Origin: Nemertoderma westbladi
Lineage: Eukaryota > Animalia > Xenacoelomorpha
Reading direction: 5' to 3'
Assembly: GCA_032718475.1 (NCBI GenBank)
Contig: JAUCBJ010001930.1
Coordinates: 62,001-126,000, forward strand
Length of the DNA: 64,000 bases
Part shown: piece by piece, positions 1 to 12,203 of the stretch
How the letters are laid out: every line of letters starts with the position of its first letter
How positions within the stretch are numbered: position 1 is the first letter of the stretch
Position numbers and translations under genes: made by a program
The notes under the pieces: generated by a model
Seen by the model: the letters and a program-made list of their open reading frames with translations, nothing else
Database searches by the model: none
Told to the model about the DNA's origin: nothing

Positions 1-150
1 CTATAACTACCAATGCCCTAGTAGCATACGGTAGGTTTAACTATAAGTACAGCAGTATCGCTTACCGGTACTGAGTAACACGTAAACTCATAAGTTAAAA
101 GATAATCTACCGGTACTCGCTGATAAGCTAATTCAAAATTCCCTCTCACA
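1..150 (-). repeat. Copia 3' LTR (partial)
   Basis: Matches 7940-8089; ends ...CTCTCACA on + strand; followed by AATTCCCCCCTAC (PPT GTAGGGGGGAATT on minus). Confidence 0.92.
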
Positions 151-416
151 AATTCCCCCCTACTTAAAACTTTGAATAAAGTGAACAAAAATTACTTTAC
201 TTACAGTAAGTCAATGCAATAATCCGCTAAAGATAATAGTTCTTGGCGATAATCGCAACATTTCCTAAAAAAAATTACTGTATCAAACAAATATATAACA
301 CCAAAAAAAAACTAAAAATACCATCAATATCATAGTTAGAATAGTAATTTAAATCATTGAATAGTAAATCAAAATTGCAAAAGCAATACAGTACAAAAGT
401 TCTGTAATTAACCCAA

Positions 417-2587
417 TTACATCGAAACAATAAAATCGTCTTTGGTAACTTTACGCGGGTTCTTTTTCGTCAATACATCGGCCAAATTCTTCTCTGAAGC
501 AATTAATTTCAGTTTCCAATCATTCCTTATGATCCCTTCACAGATATACGAGAAATCTATCAACAGGCGTTTTTCCAATGGTGTTCCTCGTTTACCGGAA
601 ACAGCGTCAAACAAAGATTTATTATCAGTGTACGCTTCTATCGCAGTAAAATAACCAGTTATTCATTCAATGATGTTCCGAACAAAACAGGCAGCGTCTA
701 GACCATCGACCAAAGCAATTGTTTCGGCTGATAAAGCGCTCTTAGCAACTCGTCGTGTCTTAACGGATCTCCACGAAATTAATGAACTACCCCAATAAAT
801 AATATACCCACACCAACTGGGTAAATCAAACGAGGCATCACAATAAACGGTTAGCTTGTTAGATTCCACCTTGGTATAATGTAAACCAACATTCGCTGTG
901 TGCTGTAAATAACGTATTAATTTGTTAATCGTATTCTTCGTAACATCTGTCATTTCTTGGTTATTTAACATGGAAAGTGAACCAACATGAAATGATATGT
1001 CTGGCCTCGAAGTTCCAGCCACCCATAAAAGTTTGCCGACAATTTTCCGATTAATATTTGGTTTATATTGATTATCCACTTCATCAACTGAAAGCTCTAT
1101 TAAATTTGAAACAAATTGAGATTGATTAATTTCAATCAAACCATTTTCTGAACGACGAATCTGCATACCAAGAAAATTGCTCCACTCTGAGGACAATATT
1201 TTCTTATATCCAATGGTCAATCGATGTAAAACTTTGTTTAATACGACTCCAAATTCTACAGATCCTATAGAAATGATGTCATCTACATGGACTGCCATAC
1301 AACCAATTATTTCTCTCCGTCGGCTCTGTCCGAGGGACAAGATTTTCCATTAAGAATACTTAGCTCTTCGTACAATCGATTGTACCATTGACGTGAGGCA
1401 TCAGTTAAACCGTACGCATCGTTTTAGTTTCCAATCATAGCCTGGTCTCGCATAATCACGCAGTGGTATAACAAAAACATCTCTAGAGATATTAGACCCT
1501 TGAAGGAATGCAGTCTTAATATCAATAAATGTGATATCCCAGTTGTTCGTTAGAGCCAAAACTAGCAGCAAACGTATAGATTACGCATAGAAACGATAGA
1601 AACGCAAGTTGGAGAATAAGATTCTGGATTATCCAAATCTTCAAACCCTCTAGCTACCAATCTCGCTTTTGGTACTTTTGCGCCATGGGGTGTTTTCTTC
1701 CAAGTCAATACCCATTTGGTAGTCACGGTATTCATGCCTTCCTTAAAAGGTATTTCTTCATAGACATCATTAGCTGCCCATTGACTCAACTCGTCAAGCT
1801 TGGCAGCCTTAAATGGATCGAAGCTGTCATCATCATTAGCATTAGAGTTGAACATAGCCACTTCACACAATTCAACCTCAGATTCCGGATTTTTTGCAGG
1901 ACCTCTCAAGCGATTTCTTAGTGGGTAAGTCTTGGTCTGGCTGTCTTTGACTAATTTTCTAGAACTACAAGATCCGTTTACACCACCATTAACATTCTCA
2001 TTGATTTGAGTTGGACCACTCTCCTTATGAGAAGTATTGGAATGACCCGGATCGAATTCATTATGATGTGTTAACGGTACAGTGTTATCTGTTTGCTCTT
2101 TGTATGGTAAATTAAGTGGTGCGTCTTGAGATGGCGAATCATTATTGGTGGGAGGTTCGGAATCGGGAAGGTCATTCTCATCAATATTGTTGAGGTTTGA
2201 ATTTCCTTTATTGATAATTGGTCTTTCAAAATCCTTGTGACAACGGAAAAATATTTCTCCCTGTTTAATCATGTATTCACAGCCTTGACGAGAAACAACT
2301 ACGCCAGGACCACACCATTTCTTGAAACGATTGCTGAAATAGTAGACTTGATCTCCACTAGCACAGTGTATTATTGATGGTCGGATATTTTGTGCCAAAG
2401 CTCGCCGAACGCGTGAACTAGCCTCAACTGTGGCATATTCCTTACGAACTTTATTTAACAGCTCGAGGTGTCCTTCAACAGACAATGCTGATTCACAAGC
2501 TTGATCCAACGCAGTAAGCTTATCGGTTAACATACTATTCAGATATGGACCTCTACCAAACACAATATGGTGAGGTGAGTATCCAGT
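417..2587 (-). pseudogene. Copia pol remnant: integrase C-terminus, reverse transcriptase, RNase H (frameshifted)
   Basis: ORFs 1562-2593, 663-1340 and 417-614 carry GYSP..VFGR, KWCGPG.V, TKWVLTWK..KARLVARGFED, HVDD, CDAS, AET.A and LADVLTK in different frames. Confidence 0.9.
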
Positions 2588-5347
2588 AAGCAACCGAGGG
2601 TGGACTCTCTATAGCCGAGGGGCACTTGTATTATAACTAATAATCACGAACCCCATCCTCTTGTAATATACACCTAACTCTGCAGTAGTCAGTAGTAGTA
2701 GTAATAGTAGTTAGTAGTGGTAGTAAGTAGAATAAGAGTGAGAAAGAGAGAGAGAAAGAGAGAGAGAGTGAGAAGAAGTAGAGTAGAATAAGATACGGAT
2801 TCATAATTATTTTATCAAACTCATGTACTACTTACTTCAATGTGCCAATTGTAATAATAATTAAACATTACTCTGATTACGCTGGGTTTAGCCCCATAAG
2901 ATATTATACTGACTTATTTTATATTAATATATCCATGCGAGTAAACAAGAAGTAAAGTAAATGTTTATTATTTTAGTTTTAGAAATTGAGTAATATACCC
3001 AAGATAGTGAAATAGATAATATACCAGAAATTGCCATTTTGATCAGATGTATCAAAGGGGCGTCTTTACTATAATACAATTCACTTTGTTATACAATGTA
3101 AATATACTAAATCTATTTATAAATATATTATGAGCCCTACATTGTATATTTCTCCTACAGGTAGACAATGTAGTATGTTAAAACTTGATATAATTTGGTA
3201 TAATGTATAACATATTACAAATAAGACTGAGGCAGCTAAACTATATTGCAAAGAAATCAAATATCCTAAAGTAATATACTAGACCCTCCCTCCACCCTAT
3301 AAATAGTGTTCACCACCTACCCCACCCACCGCCCTTATTACTTCATTATAATGAAAGATAGTACTGGCGCTCCGGTCACTCCGTTCCCTCCGCTGGGGGG
3401 GTTAAGTAGTAGGTTCTGACACTATGCAAAATCCGAGCACAGAGTTAGAAGCGCATTGGATAGGCGAACATTTCTTGCAGTGAAAGTATTTCCATATCTG
3501 TTATAGTTTTCGAGATAGTCAGACATGAGTAGCAAAAATTTGAATTTTTTTCGGTAAAGTCTGATTTCACCGGTACCTATCATCCGAAATATGGATTGTG
3601 ATATATCGTTGGATGCGGGTCCACTAATTGTACATTCACATATTTTCAAGGAAAAAATTCGATCAAGGGTTTACGAAATATTTTCGAATTACCGGAAGCA
3701 GACATTGGACGACCATATCTCCGGTACCGGTAGGCCTATTGAGTCGAAATTTTTTTTTAATCTACTTAGAACACTCCAGTGAATGTTTTTTAGTTTGAAA
3801 ATTTTGTCCCAAAATGCTCAGAAGTAATTTCGAAAAAACTGATCATTTCGCGATCATGATCTTTTGACCCCCTAGAATTGAACTTTTTTATGGTCAAATT
3901 TTGGCTACCCCCCCTAATTCGAGGGTGGGGAATCTTTTTGTAATGTTAAGTTTCTTCATACGGTGAACTCACAGGACTTGGTCTTCGAAATAAAACCGAA
4001 AACATGATCTTTCATGATCATGGCCTGATCAAATCGCTTTTTAAAAATTTCGAAATGATTAAAAGTTGCCCCCTCTTAATAGAAGTCGATTAGTAAAAAA
4101 AAAATCGGGGGTCTCAAACAAAGTTTTCGAGAAAATCGGGAAAAACCGAAAAACACGATCTTTTATGATCAGGTATCAGATCTCGAGAACGGGTTGTCCG
4201 ATCGAGCCAATTTTTTTTTTAATCAACTCAGAATAGACCATTGAACATTTCTTACAATGAATGTTTATTAGAAAAATGCTTAGATTCGATTTTAAATATA
4301 CTGATCTTTTCGCGATCATGATCTTGAGTTTTGACCCCCTAGACGTGAACTTTTTTATGCCCAAATTTTGGCTACCCCCCATAATTCGAGGGTGAGGAAT
4401 CTTTTTGTAATGTTAAGTTTTTCCATACGGTGAACTCACAGGACTTGGTCTTCGAAATAAAACCGAAAACACGATCTTTTCTGATCACGGCCTGATCAAA
4501 TCGCTTTTTGAAAATTTCGAAATGCACAAACGTTACCCCTTCACCATAGGAGTCGATTCGTAAAAAAAAATCGGGGGTCTCAAACAAAGTTTTCGAGAAA
4601 ATTCGAAAAAACCGAAAAATATGATCTTTAATGATCAGGTATCAGATCTCGAGAACCGGTTGTCCGATCGAGCCAATTTTTTTTTTAATCGACTCAGGGC
4701 GGTGTTCTGAACGTTTCCTACAGTAATTGTTTATATCCAAAATGCTTAGTTACGATTTTACGAAGTCCGATCTTGGCGCGATCATGATCTTGCGTTTTGA
4801 TCAGGAAGAATTCACTTTTTTTTAAATCTTTTAACGGGAATCATGACTAATGTGGGGTCGCTGATTCTTTTTGTAATGTTAAGTTTTTCGATTGGAGCAA
4901 GCCTTGAGTGTCCGAATCCTGATCAAAACTGATCTTTGCTGATCATGGTCAAGATCATGATCTGATCGCTCCAAAAAAAGTTTTTTTGAATGTAAACCCT
5001 ATGCTGCCTATCGATTGGCGCCGGTCCCAAGTCCGTAGCATTAGCGGTTCTGGAGATTCCTGCATAGCAACGCGTTTGCTAGGGAAGCGGACTTTTTGAC
5101 TCAAATTGGTCCTAGGCGGAGAACCGTAGACTTTTTTAACACATTATGTATGGCGAAAAGTCTTCTGGATAGATTTTGGGGGGGGGTCTAGGAACATCCT
5201 ATTGTTCGTTTTCGCTTAGTTGCTGAGATCCTCTCGTCCCACAAATTCCAGGATTCTATAAAGGCATTCTGCTGGACTAGTTCCGTGGCCGGAATAGTGT
5301 TCGGTGTTCTGCGAACAGAGAACCTAATCGGTTTAGGGCCCTGACCG
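2588..5347. mobile_element. Unclassified 2760-bp non-coding insertion in the Copia integrase, flanked by 6-bp direct repeat TCCAGT
   Basis: TCCAGT at 2582-2587 and 5348-5353. Removing the insert and one copy restores AKNSWPNATGYSPHHIVFGRGP. No TIRs and no TG..CA ends. Confidence 0.8.
3700..4960. repeat. About 3 diverged tandem copies of a ~465-480 bp GATC-rich unit inside the insertion
   Basis: CGCGATCATGATCTT at ~3849, ~4311 and ~4777; CAGATCTCGAGAAC..GGTTGTCCGATCGAGCC at ~4177 and ~4643. Confidence 0.85.
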
Positions 5348-7469
5348 TCCAGTCGCATTGGGCCAGGAGTTCTTTGCTAGAGAAATCATCCGAAATAGTT
5401 TATAATTACTTGAATTTGGCTGCTCCAGTTTCACCTTTTTAAAAATTTATTTGACAATATAATTATGGCGCTCGACAATGCCATTCGAAAAAGGACAGTA
5501 AGACACTGTTGACTTATTAGATATGTTGAGTTTTTCGCACATTTCATTGAACAGATGGCTAACAAATTCCTTTCCATTATCGGTGAGAATTCCTTTCGGC
5601 TGACCAAATACAGACACCCACATGTCCAGAAAAACGTCGATGATCGTTGTAGTTCATTTGTCTTTCACAGGTGTGGCAATACTATATCGACATAAACAAA
5701 TCTATGATGTGAATTGCCCAGTTACCTGTCTCAGGAATTAAAAATAGGTCTGCAGCTAATACTTCATTGAAAGAATTAGACAAAGGCAATGATACAATTG
5801 GCCTAAATGGTGGTCTACTAATTAGGCTGCATGGCTGACATTGATCGATAACAGCTTGAATTTTTGACTTGGTGGTATCAAGGCCAGATTGAATAATTAA
5901 CTTGTAGAGTGTCTCACATCCAGCATGACCAAATTGACGATGTAGTTTATCCAATTCTTTATCACTCAAAGCTGATGCTGACACTGCCAAATAATTTGTA
6001 GAACTTCCACATCGTTGAGTGTAGAGTACGAGATGACCATTGCGGAAAAAAAGTTTGCATTCAACACCATTTATTTTGATGATCCTTTTGGCAATGTATA
6101 TAACCGCGTCAGGGTTCTCAAGGGTGTTACTCGATAGAAGTAGCGGCAGCGTGCCTGATATAATATCAATAATAATTTTGTACCGGCTATTTGCGATATA
6201 AATTGGCACAATTACAGAAAATAACGCTTGTTGCCATTCACCACCCCCAAATATAAACACGGTGTTTGAGTGTAACTGTTGTAGTTGTGAGATATCTAGT
6301 TTGCTAAAGGTCAAGAAACTGTTCAGCCATTCTTCTCCAGCTACAGTTTTAGTACATCCGGTATCAACAATGAGGTAAGGCACTGAAGGCTCAATAGGAC
6401 TCCTCGGAATATTTGAAGACAGGTAGACATTGTTGTTATCGTGATTATCATCTTCGACAATAGCATTACCATTATCACCATTATCCTGATTACCAGCTAA
6501 ATCATGTATGTGCGGGCAGAAATTGATTGAACAATAAACAGAATCACAAAAGTTGCATCGAAACGCTTTATACTTATCAGGGCATGAATTGGCAAGGTGT
6601 AAAATAGAATTGCAAATATGGCAGCGAGGATTATTTTTGTGCGGACATTTATCAGCCCAGTGTTTTTGAGACAAACAAATTCGGCATGGATTAGATGAAC
6701 TTGGACCTGAAGACAAAGTTTTATTACCAAAACTTTTATTACCATGACTAAATCGGTTGCATGCTCTAAGTTGTGCTGAATATAGAGCCATACCAGAACC
6801 ATCATCATCATGAATTGCAGACGCTTCATTGCGTTTACCGAAGAAACTAGGCTCGACCTTAATTGCATCTTTATAACTATCTTCTTCACACAAGGTAGAA
6901 CTTGAAAACTTAGAAAACATACGTAAGACATTACTACGTACATCCTCTGATTTCAGGGTAGAAGTTGCTAGAAGAAGGCGTCGTTCATACTCTGATATAT
7001 TACAGCTATCAAACAATTGTGCGGCAACAACTGGATCGCTTAAAGTCATTTGATGCATTTTCATTTTATTTAGTACTCTGTCAAAATCGGCAACAAAGCT
7101 TTTCATCCTTTGTGACTCCTTTCTTTTTAGCTTTTTAAATTTCGTAAAGCATTCAAAAGCGGATTCTTCTTGTCCTTGCTTGAAAATATCATCAAGAATC
7201 TTCAATAATCTCTCTAAACCGTCATCCTTTTCTAGGTCATCTAAGTCAATGTCTAGAGCCCTTTCTTTAGCTTTGGCTTGCAATCGTCGGATAATTGCTA
7301 AAGCTCGTTTTCTTTTTCCTAGGTCAGTTATCCTATTCCATACATCAATTTCCTTTCTCCATAATTCAAAATTTGTCGAATTTGGATCGAAAATGGGTGG
7401 ATCTCGAATAGATGAGAACCGAGTATCTGGTCCAGCAGCAGCTAATTCGTCCATATCGCTATCATTCAT
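5348..7469 (-). pseudogene. Copia gag-protease-integrase (595-aa ORF, then frameshifted integrase core)
   Basis: Gag with CCHC knuckles; protease IVDTGC; HRQFGHA...CQPC; ADLF..HIIDLF; in another frame LTDNGKEF and SNGIVERHN. Confidence 0.9.
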
Positions 7470-7720
7470 GATTTTTAGTAAGATGAAAGATGCAATTACT
7501 TAGATCTGGTATGTCTGTAGGCCTATATCTTACACGTTGTGGGCGTTCTGTACCGGGTACCGGTAAGTAAGGACTGACACGACAGATCCGAATTAGTTAG
7601 TTGGTAGTCTGGTGGTAGGCTACTGGTGACTGTCTGACGGACTACCGGCTGACCGGTAGTAAGTTGTTTGCTATGCTAGTCTCTGAATCTGAATGTACGC
7701 TGTAAATCTAGAAAGAGGCA

Positions 7721-7737
7721 ACCACGCTCTGCTACCA
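7721..7737 (-). promoter_or_regulatory. Primer-binding site complementary to initiator tRNA-Met 3' end
   Basis: Minus strand TGGTAGCAGAGCGTGGT immediately inside the 5' LTR. Confidence 0.85.
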
Positions 7738-8089
7738 TGTTAGTTGATTCAGAATAGATTCTTATAACAAAGAATAGGCTTGAATATAAAACTATATATT
7801 GAGCGATATTGATAAATCCCATTGTAATAACTATTGACGAATATATAATAAACAATTAATAGCCAAACACCAATGAACACAACTTTCGAAACCAAGGCGT
7901 CACGCACAAGTCAACGTTAGTTGGGCAAATGATAAAAGACTATAACTACCGATGCCCTAGTAGCATACCGTAGGTTTAACTATAAGTACAGCAGTATCGC
8001 TTACCGGTACTGAGTAACACGTAAACTCATAAGTCAAAAGATAATCTACCGGTACTCGCTGATAAGCTAATTCAAAATTCCCTCTCACA
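7738..8089 (-). repeat. Copia 5' LTR, 352 bp
   Basis: TG...CA termini; adjacent PBS; shared with 1-150. Confidence 0.9.
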
Positions 8090-8136
8090 GGAATCGCGTA
8101 ATTTTTCTTGAAATTAATATCTCATATCTCTCCAAA

Positions 8137-8180
8137 CCACGTACGCGTTTCGACCTTGCTGGGTCTCATCAGCAGCGTGG
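8137..8180 (-). ncRNA. Minimal type I hammerhead ribozyme
   Basis: Minus strand CCACGCTG-CTGATGA-GACC-CAGCAA-GGTC-GAAA-CGCG-TA-CGTGG: intact core, 4-bp stem II, palindromic ACGCGT stem III, GUA cleavage triplet, bulged stem I. Confidence 0.78.
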
Positions 8181-8243
8181 TGTCGGATTCGAACCTGAGA
8201 CCTCGAGGTGGAAGCCGAGACTACAACCGCTAGGCCACAGGTT
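8179..8243 (-). promoter_or_regulatory. tRNA-derived Pol III internal promoter (SINE-like head)
   Basis: A box TGGCCTAGCGG (8227-8237) and B box GGTTCGAATCC (8185-8195) at tRNA spacing; no acceptor stem, so not a tRNA gene. Confidence 0.8.
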
Positions 8244-9336
8244 CTTGAGATATGGAGTATTAATTTCAAAGCCAGCTGCCATTTCATTAGCCCCTGATTT
8301 TTTATTATTGATAGTAACAACGTGTTGGGAAGCTGTATTTATCGAGATATTGGTTATTATACATTTATTATAGGAAGGGATCTAGGGGTATTAACCTCGA
8401 ATGATAAGTTTATTTTACCGAAAATATATTATATTTTATTGGCGCAATTGTAGGACTAATCCCATCACATGCGTACTTTTTAACCGGGTAGTGTACAAAT
8501 TTAGGAATCGCGTAATTTTTCTTGAAATTAATATCTCGTATCTCTCCAAACCACGTACGCGTTTCGACCTAACAGTTCAGTTAGATAGTTAAAAGTAAGT
8601 AACAGTAAAGGTAATAGGTAAAGTAATAAAGGTAAAGTAATAGTTAAAAACATACGTATTTTAAAATGTGAGTCAATAAATAAAGTACAATAGATAAGAA
8701 ATATTCCATTAAAGGGGCATTGCTAATAATTATGAGACAGACTGGATGTCATATGGAATGAGATAAAATAGATGCGTATTAAATTTAAATTTAGATGAAA
8801 TATATGCGTATTAATTTTAAATTTAGAGGAAATGCGTATTAAAAGGACCAGAGTGGATGTGAAGTGAAATAAAATATGTATTAATAAACGTCGTTATCTA
8901 AGGGTATAAATCATCTATCATCGAGATGAGAGTTATTGTCTCCACAGATCTTTAAGACATAGCTGCAACACATTGTCCAGCTACAACAATTATCAATTGA
9001 GTAATGTTTAAAATTAATGAAGTATCTCCAAAATATATCGATCCGACGAGATTTAAGCCCTAAATGGTTCGTGAAATTGATTCGCTTTAGTAGTATATTA
9101 GCAATGTGGTACTCGGTACCAAAAGTATTGTTCTGACTTGCATTTTTTCGGCCGCAAAACATAATGTGGCAGAGCACCACATGCATAATGTTTATTTTAT
9201 TTTGAAATAAATTAAATAGCCATTTCATGAAAGATATTTTATTAAGTGTTTGTATGTTATTGTGAAATAATTATAATTTTAATGAATAATTATTATCATA
9301 TCAAACAAGTTGGCCTTTTCATTCGGTTACAGTCAT

Positions 9337-9421
9337 GGGCCGAAACGCCCGGGCCGAATCGTCCGGGCCGAAATGTCCGGGCCGAAACGTCCTGGACCGA
9401 AACGTCCTAGGCCGAAACGTC
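9337..9421. repeat. Six copies of a 14-15 bp GGCCGAAACGTCC-type unit, probably subterminal repeats of a DNA transposon end
   Basis: Tandem GGGCCGAAACGCCC/GGGCCGAATCGTCC/GGGCCGAAATGTCC/...; partner end not found. Confidence 0.7.
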
Positions 9422-10505
9422 TGTATACCAGGATTCCCTATAACACTTCGAATGGATCTGAGTCACCATCAGCAGTAAACACAAATGAGGTGGAACCATT
9501 TTACAGTGAACTGATAGCTGCAGTAATTTCCTCAGGAATACTATATTCTGCCAGTATGCTGAACATACGTGGTCGGGAGAGTGAGTTGAAGGCTAAGGTG
9601 GGGGGGGGGGGGGGGGGGGGGTGACGGTATACCCCCTTATGGAGCTTTTTCTAGATGGCTATAATTTGTGTTCGCGGGTAGTTTTGTATATTTTATACCT
9701 TTAGGGTGATCAACATATAGCCAAAGATTGGGTTCAAATAAAAAATGTTAAAATTTGCCTCGCCCTCTAGCGGCCACCAGCGAAATTATTAATTTCACTA
9801 AAAACACTACAATTTTTTTCTCCCAATTTTGGGAGAAAATTTACGAAATGTGGTTTTTCTGAATCAGCATCATCGGCTCCACAAAACTTATCAGTTACAT
9901 TTTTTTGGATCTTTATTTTTTTTTTAATATTATTAACTAATATTAATTATTATTTATTATACAGCATATTAACAAATTTCAAGAAATGAATATGGCACAA
10001 TTCAAAATTATAATTTTTGATTAAAAGCCGAAAACAAATGAAACAAAAAAAAATTTTGACAATTGGTTAAGAATTGGCTGAGTAGTAGTATTTTAAATGT
10101 GAAAAATACAATTCAAAGATAAATGCATTTTAAGTTTAAGAACAATACATATCAAATTTTCCGGCTATTTTCATGTAAATGATATCTCCTTTTCTTTTCC
10201 CATTGGTTATCTATCTCCTACCCATTTTGTGATTTCCCAATGGATTTCATGAATCATGGTTCAAATAAACCCCAACCCACTTTTAAAAACCTGTTGAATT
10301 TTTAGACCGCGTGCCCAAAAACCCTGCGCGCAGCCCGTAAACAAATTTCATTTTGGTGTTTAGATTTGATGGCATACCATTTCGCCATTTCTTAATAAGT
10401 AGTCATGGTATAATGACACAACCTTCAACAAAATTTCAAAGTTATATAACCATATATTTTACAAAACCATATATTTTTTGAATAAGCCTTTACACAGAAC
10501 ATTAA

Positions 10506-10986
10506 CCCTATCCATACCGGGGTACTTTAGACGCTCAAACTACCGGGGGGGGGGGGACTTTTGGGGACGTAAAGTTTGGAAGCATATAACTTTGTATGGT
10601 GTAATGATATTACTTTAAAGTAAAAAGTTTTAGATACAAAATTTATTCCTCTATCCAAATATGCCACACACTAATGCTGAAATATAATATTTATATACTA
10701 TAATTATGTTTAAATTGATTTTAAATTTATATTAAATTGATTGAATTTTAAATTTCCCGCCTAAAATAGTTCAGCAATAATATGACAGTTTCAGAGACAG
10801 GTCAGTTTACGAGTCATTTTCATGGTCATAAATAATAATATGAAAATTAATTTTTGTTTTAAGATAAAGAATAATAAATTTTAGGAAAAGTAACGGAATT
10901 TCACTTGCAATAAATGTGGTTTGGCTTTGAACCAAGCAATCAAATAAAGTGCGTCTCCAAAAGTCCCCCCCCCGGTATGGATAGGG
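10506..10986. mobile_element. piggyBac-type MITE, 481 bp
   Basis: TTAA TSD (10502-10505, 10987-10990); TIR CCCTATCCATACCGGGG / CCCCGGTATGGATAGGG. Confidence 0.88.
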
Positions 10987-11099
10987 TTAAGCTTTGCGCA
11001 GCACGTGAAACCTTCGCACAGTACGTGAAGGTTTCACGTACCACTTCCTCTTCACACAGCACATTAATTTATCGTACAGCTCGGAAAGCCTTTTGATCA

Positions 11100-11522
11100 T
11101 AATGAGATGCCCCTACACAAAACATGAAAGGGTTCATGCAGCACATGTGTACCAAGTTTGGTTATATTTGATCGAGGATTGATCGAGTTGTTAACGTATA
11201 AAAACACGGATCTACAGAACGACAGATCTACAGACACACCGATTGAGTTATTTGTAACCGTACCGTATGCTAAGTTCGCTTACATTCGTGGCTTGCCCCA
11301 CAGGTTGATTAATGGTACCACTATGCTAAGGCTCACTCACTTCGTGGCTCGCCCCACAGACACACCGATTGAGTTAGTGGTACCTGTATGCTAAGTTCGC
11401 TTTCTTTCGTCGCTCGCCCCACACGGATCTACAGAACGACAGCTCTACAGACACACCGATTGAGTTATATGTACCCGTACCGTATGCTAAGCTCGCCATC
11501 ATTCGTGGCTCGCCCTACAATA
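11100..11522 (+). mobile_element. Helentron/DINE-1-like non-autonomous remnant with tandemly repeated 3' ends
   Basis: TGTACCAAGTTTGG core and ACAGA-type microsatellite, then four variants of ATGCTAAG..CGC...TTCGTGGCTCGCCC; family assignment by resemblance only. Confidence 0.45.
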
Positions 11523-12203
11523 ATACTGTCGATTGCACGTTGGTGTTTTTATCGCGGATTTAGTCGATCCAGGAATGAGTTTTTGCTATAATTGTGCTCC
11601 AGCTTTGAATTCAGTCTCGGTCTAGGAAATGAGTACCATTTTGGTACAGAATATGTAGAAATTTTTTTGTCGTCTATTATAATGCACCATTGAATGATGT
11701 TTCCAAATCTGAAAACCGATATTTAATAGCTCTTTTAGTTTTCAAGTTATAACAATTTTCAATTAGGGAACCCTATTGAAATTACTATTACTACTGTATG
11801 TATAATGAAAGGTCGACTATCTCCAAATATATTTTTTTTATGAAAGTGTCAACTTCAAAACCCTACTACTTCTACAATTTTTGAGTAATTAGACTGACTA
11901 TTTCTGTGGGTCTCTACATAGCCACCCTGCATTAAAGTATCAGACAACTTTTCGAAATTTTTTGTTAATAAAATTTAATACTATATATAACAAAAAGCCT
12001 TAGGGTTTTAAGAGCAACCAAGTTTTTTTTATTGTTAACTAGTATTAACTAATATGAAATAACCGTGAAAAAAAAAATTCTGACCTGTCATGTAGAATAA
12101 CATCTTAGGCACCTATATTCTAAATTTTAGCCAAAACCAAACAATTTTGAAACGCTGAGAGTGATAAATCGAAGAGTTGTCCGAGAATGCTGTTTCCCCC
12201 CTT

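Larger units (their letters stand above)
1..8089 (-). mobile_element. Ty1/Copia LTR retrotransposon, GalEa-like, decayed and interrupted; 3' LTR cut by window edge
   Basis: Direct repeats 1-150 and 7940-8089 (3 mismatches in 150 nt). Domain order on minus strand is gag-PR-IN-RT-RNaseH. HRQFGHA integrase zinc motif, KARLVARGFED, HVDD and LADVLTK motifs; PBS TGGTAGCAGAGC; PPT next to left LTR. Confidence 0.92.
8090..8570 (-). mobile_element. Retrozyme/SM-alpha-like non-autonomous element: 414-bp unit with tRNA-derived head plus hammerhead ribozyme, terminally redundant
   Basis: 8090-8156 is repeated at 8504-8570 (period 414). Contains Pol III A and B boxes and a hammerhead core. Left side is bounded by the Copia LTR. 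Confidence 0.75.

Noticed and set aside
8179-8250. Functional tRNA gene
   Set aside because: A and B boxes are present, but there is no acceptor stem and the anticodon arm is irregular; it is a tRNA-derived head.
8911-9228. 105-aa ORF as MULE transposase C-terminus
   Set aside because: Only vague resemblance to the TNN..E..H motif; not supportable.
9337-9421. Hammerhead array or CRISPR-like repeat
   Set aside because: GAAAC is present but there is no CUGANGA, no unique spacers, and the context is eukaryotic.
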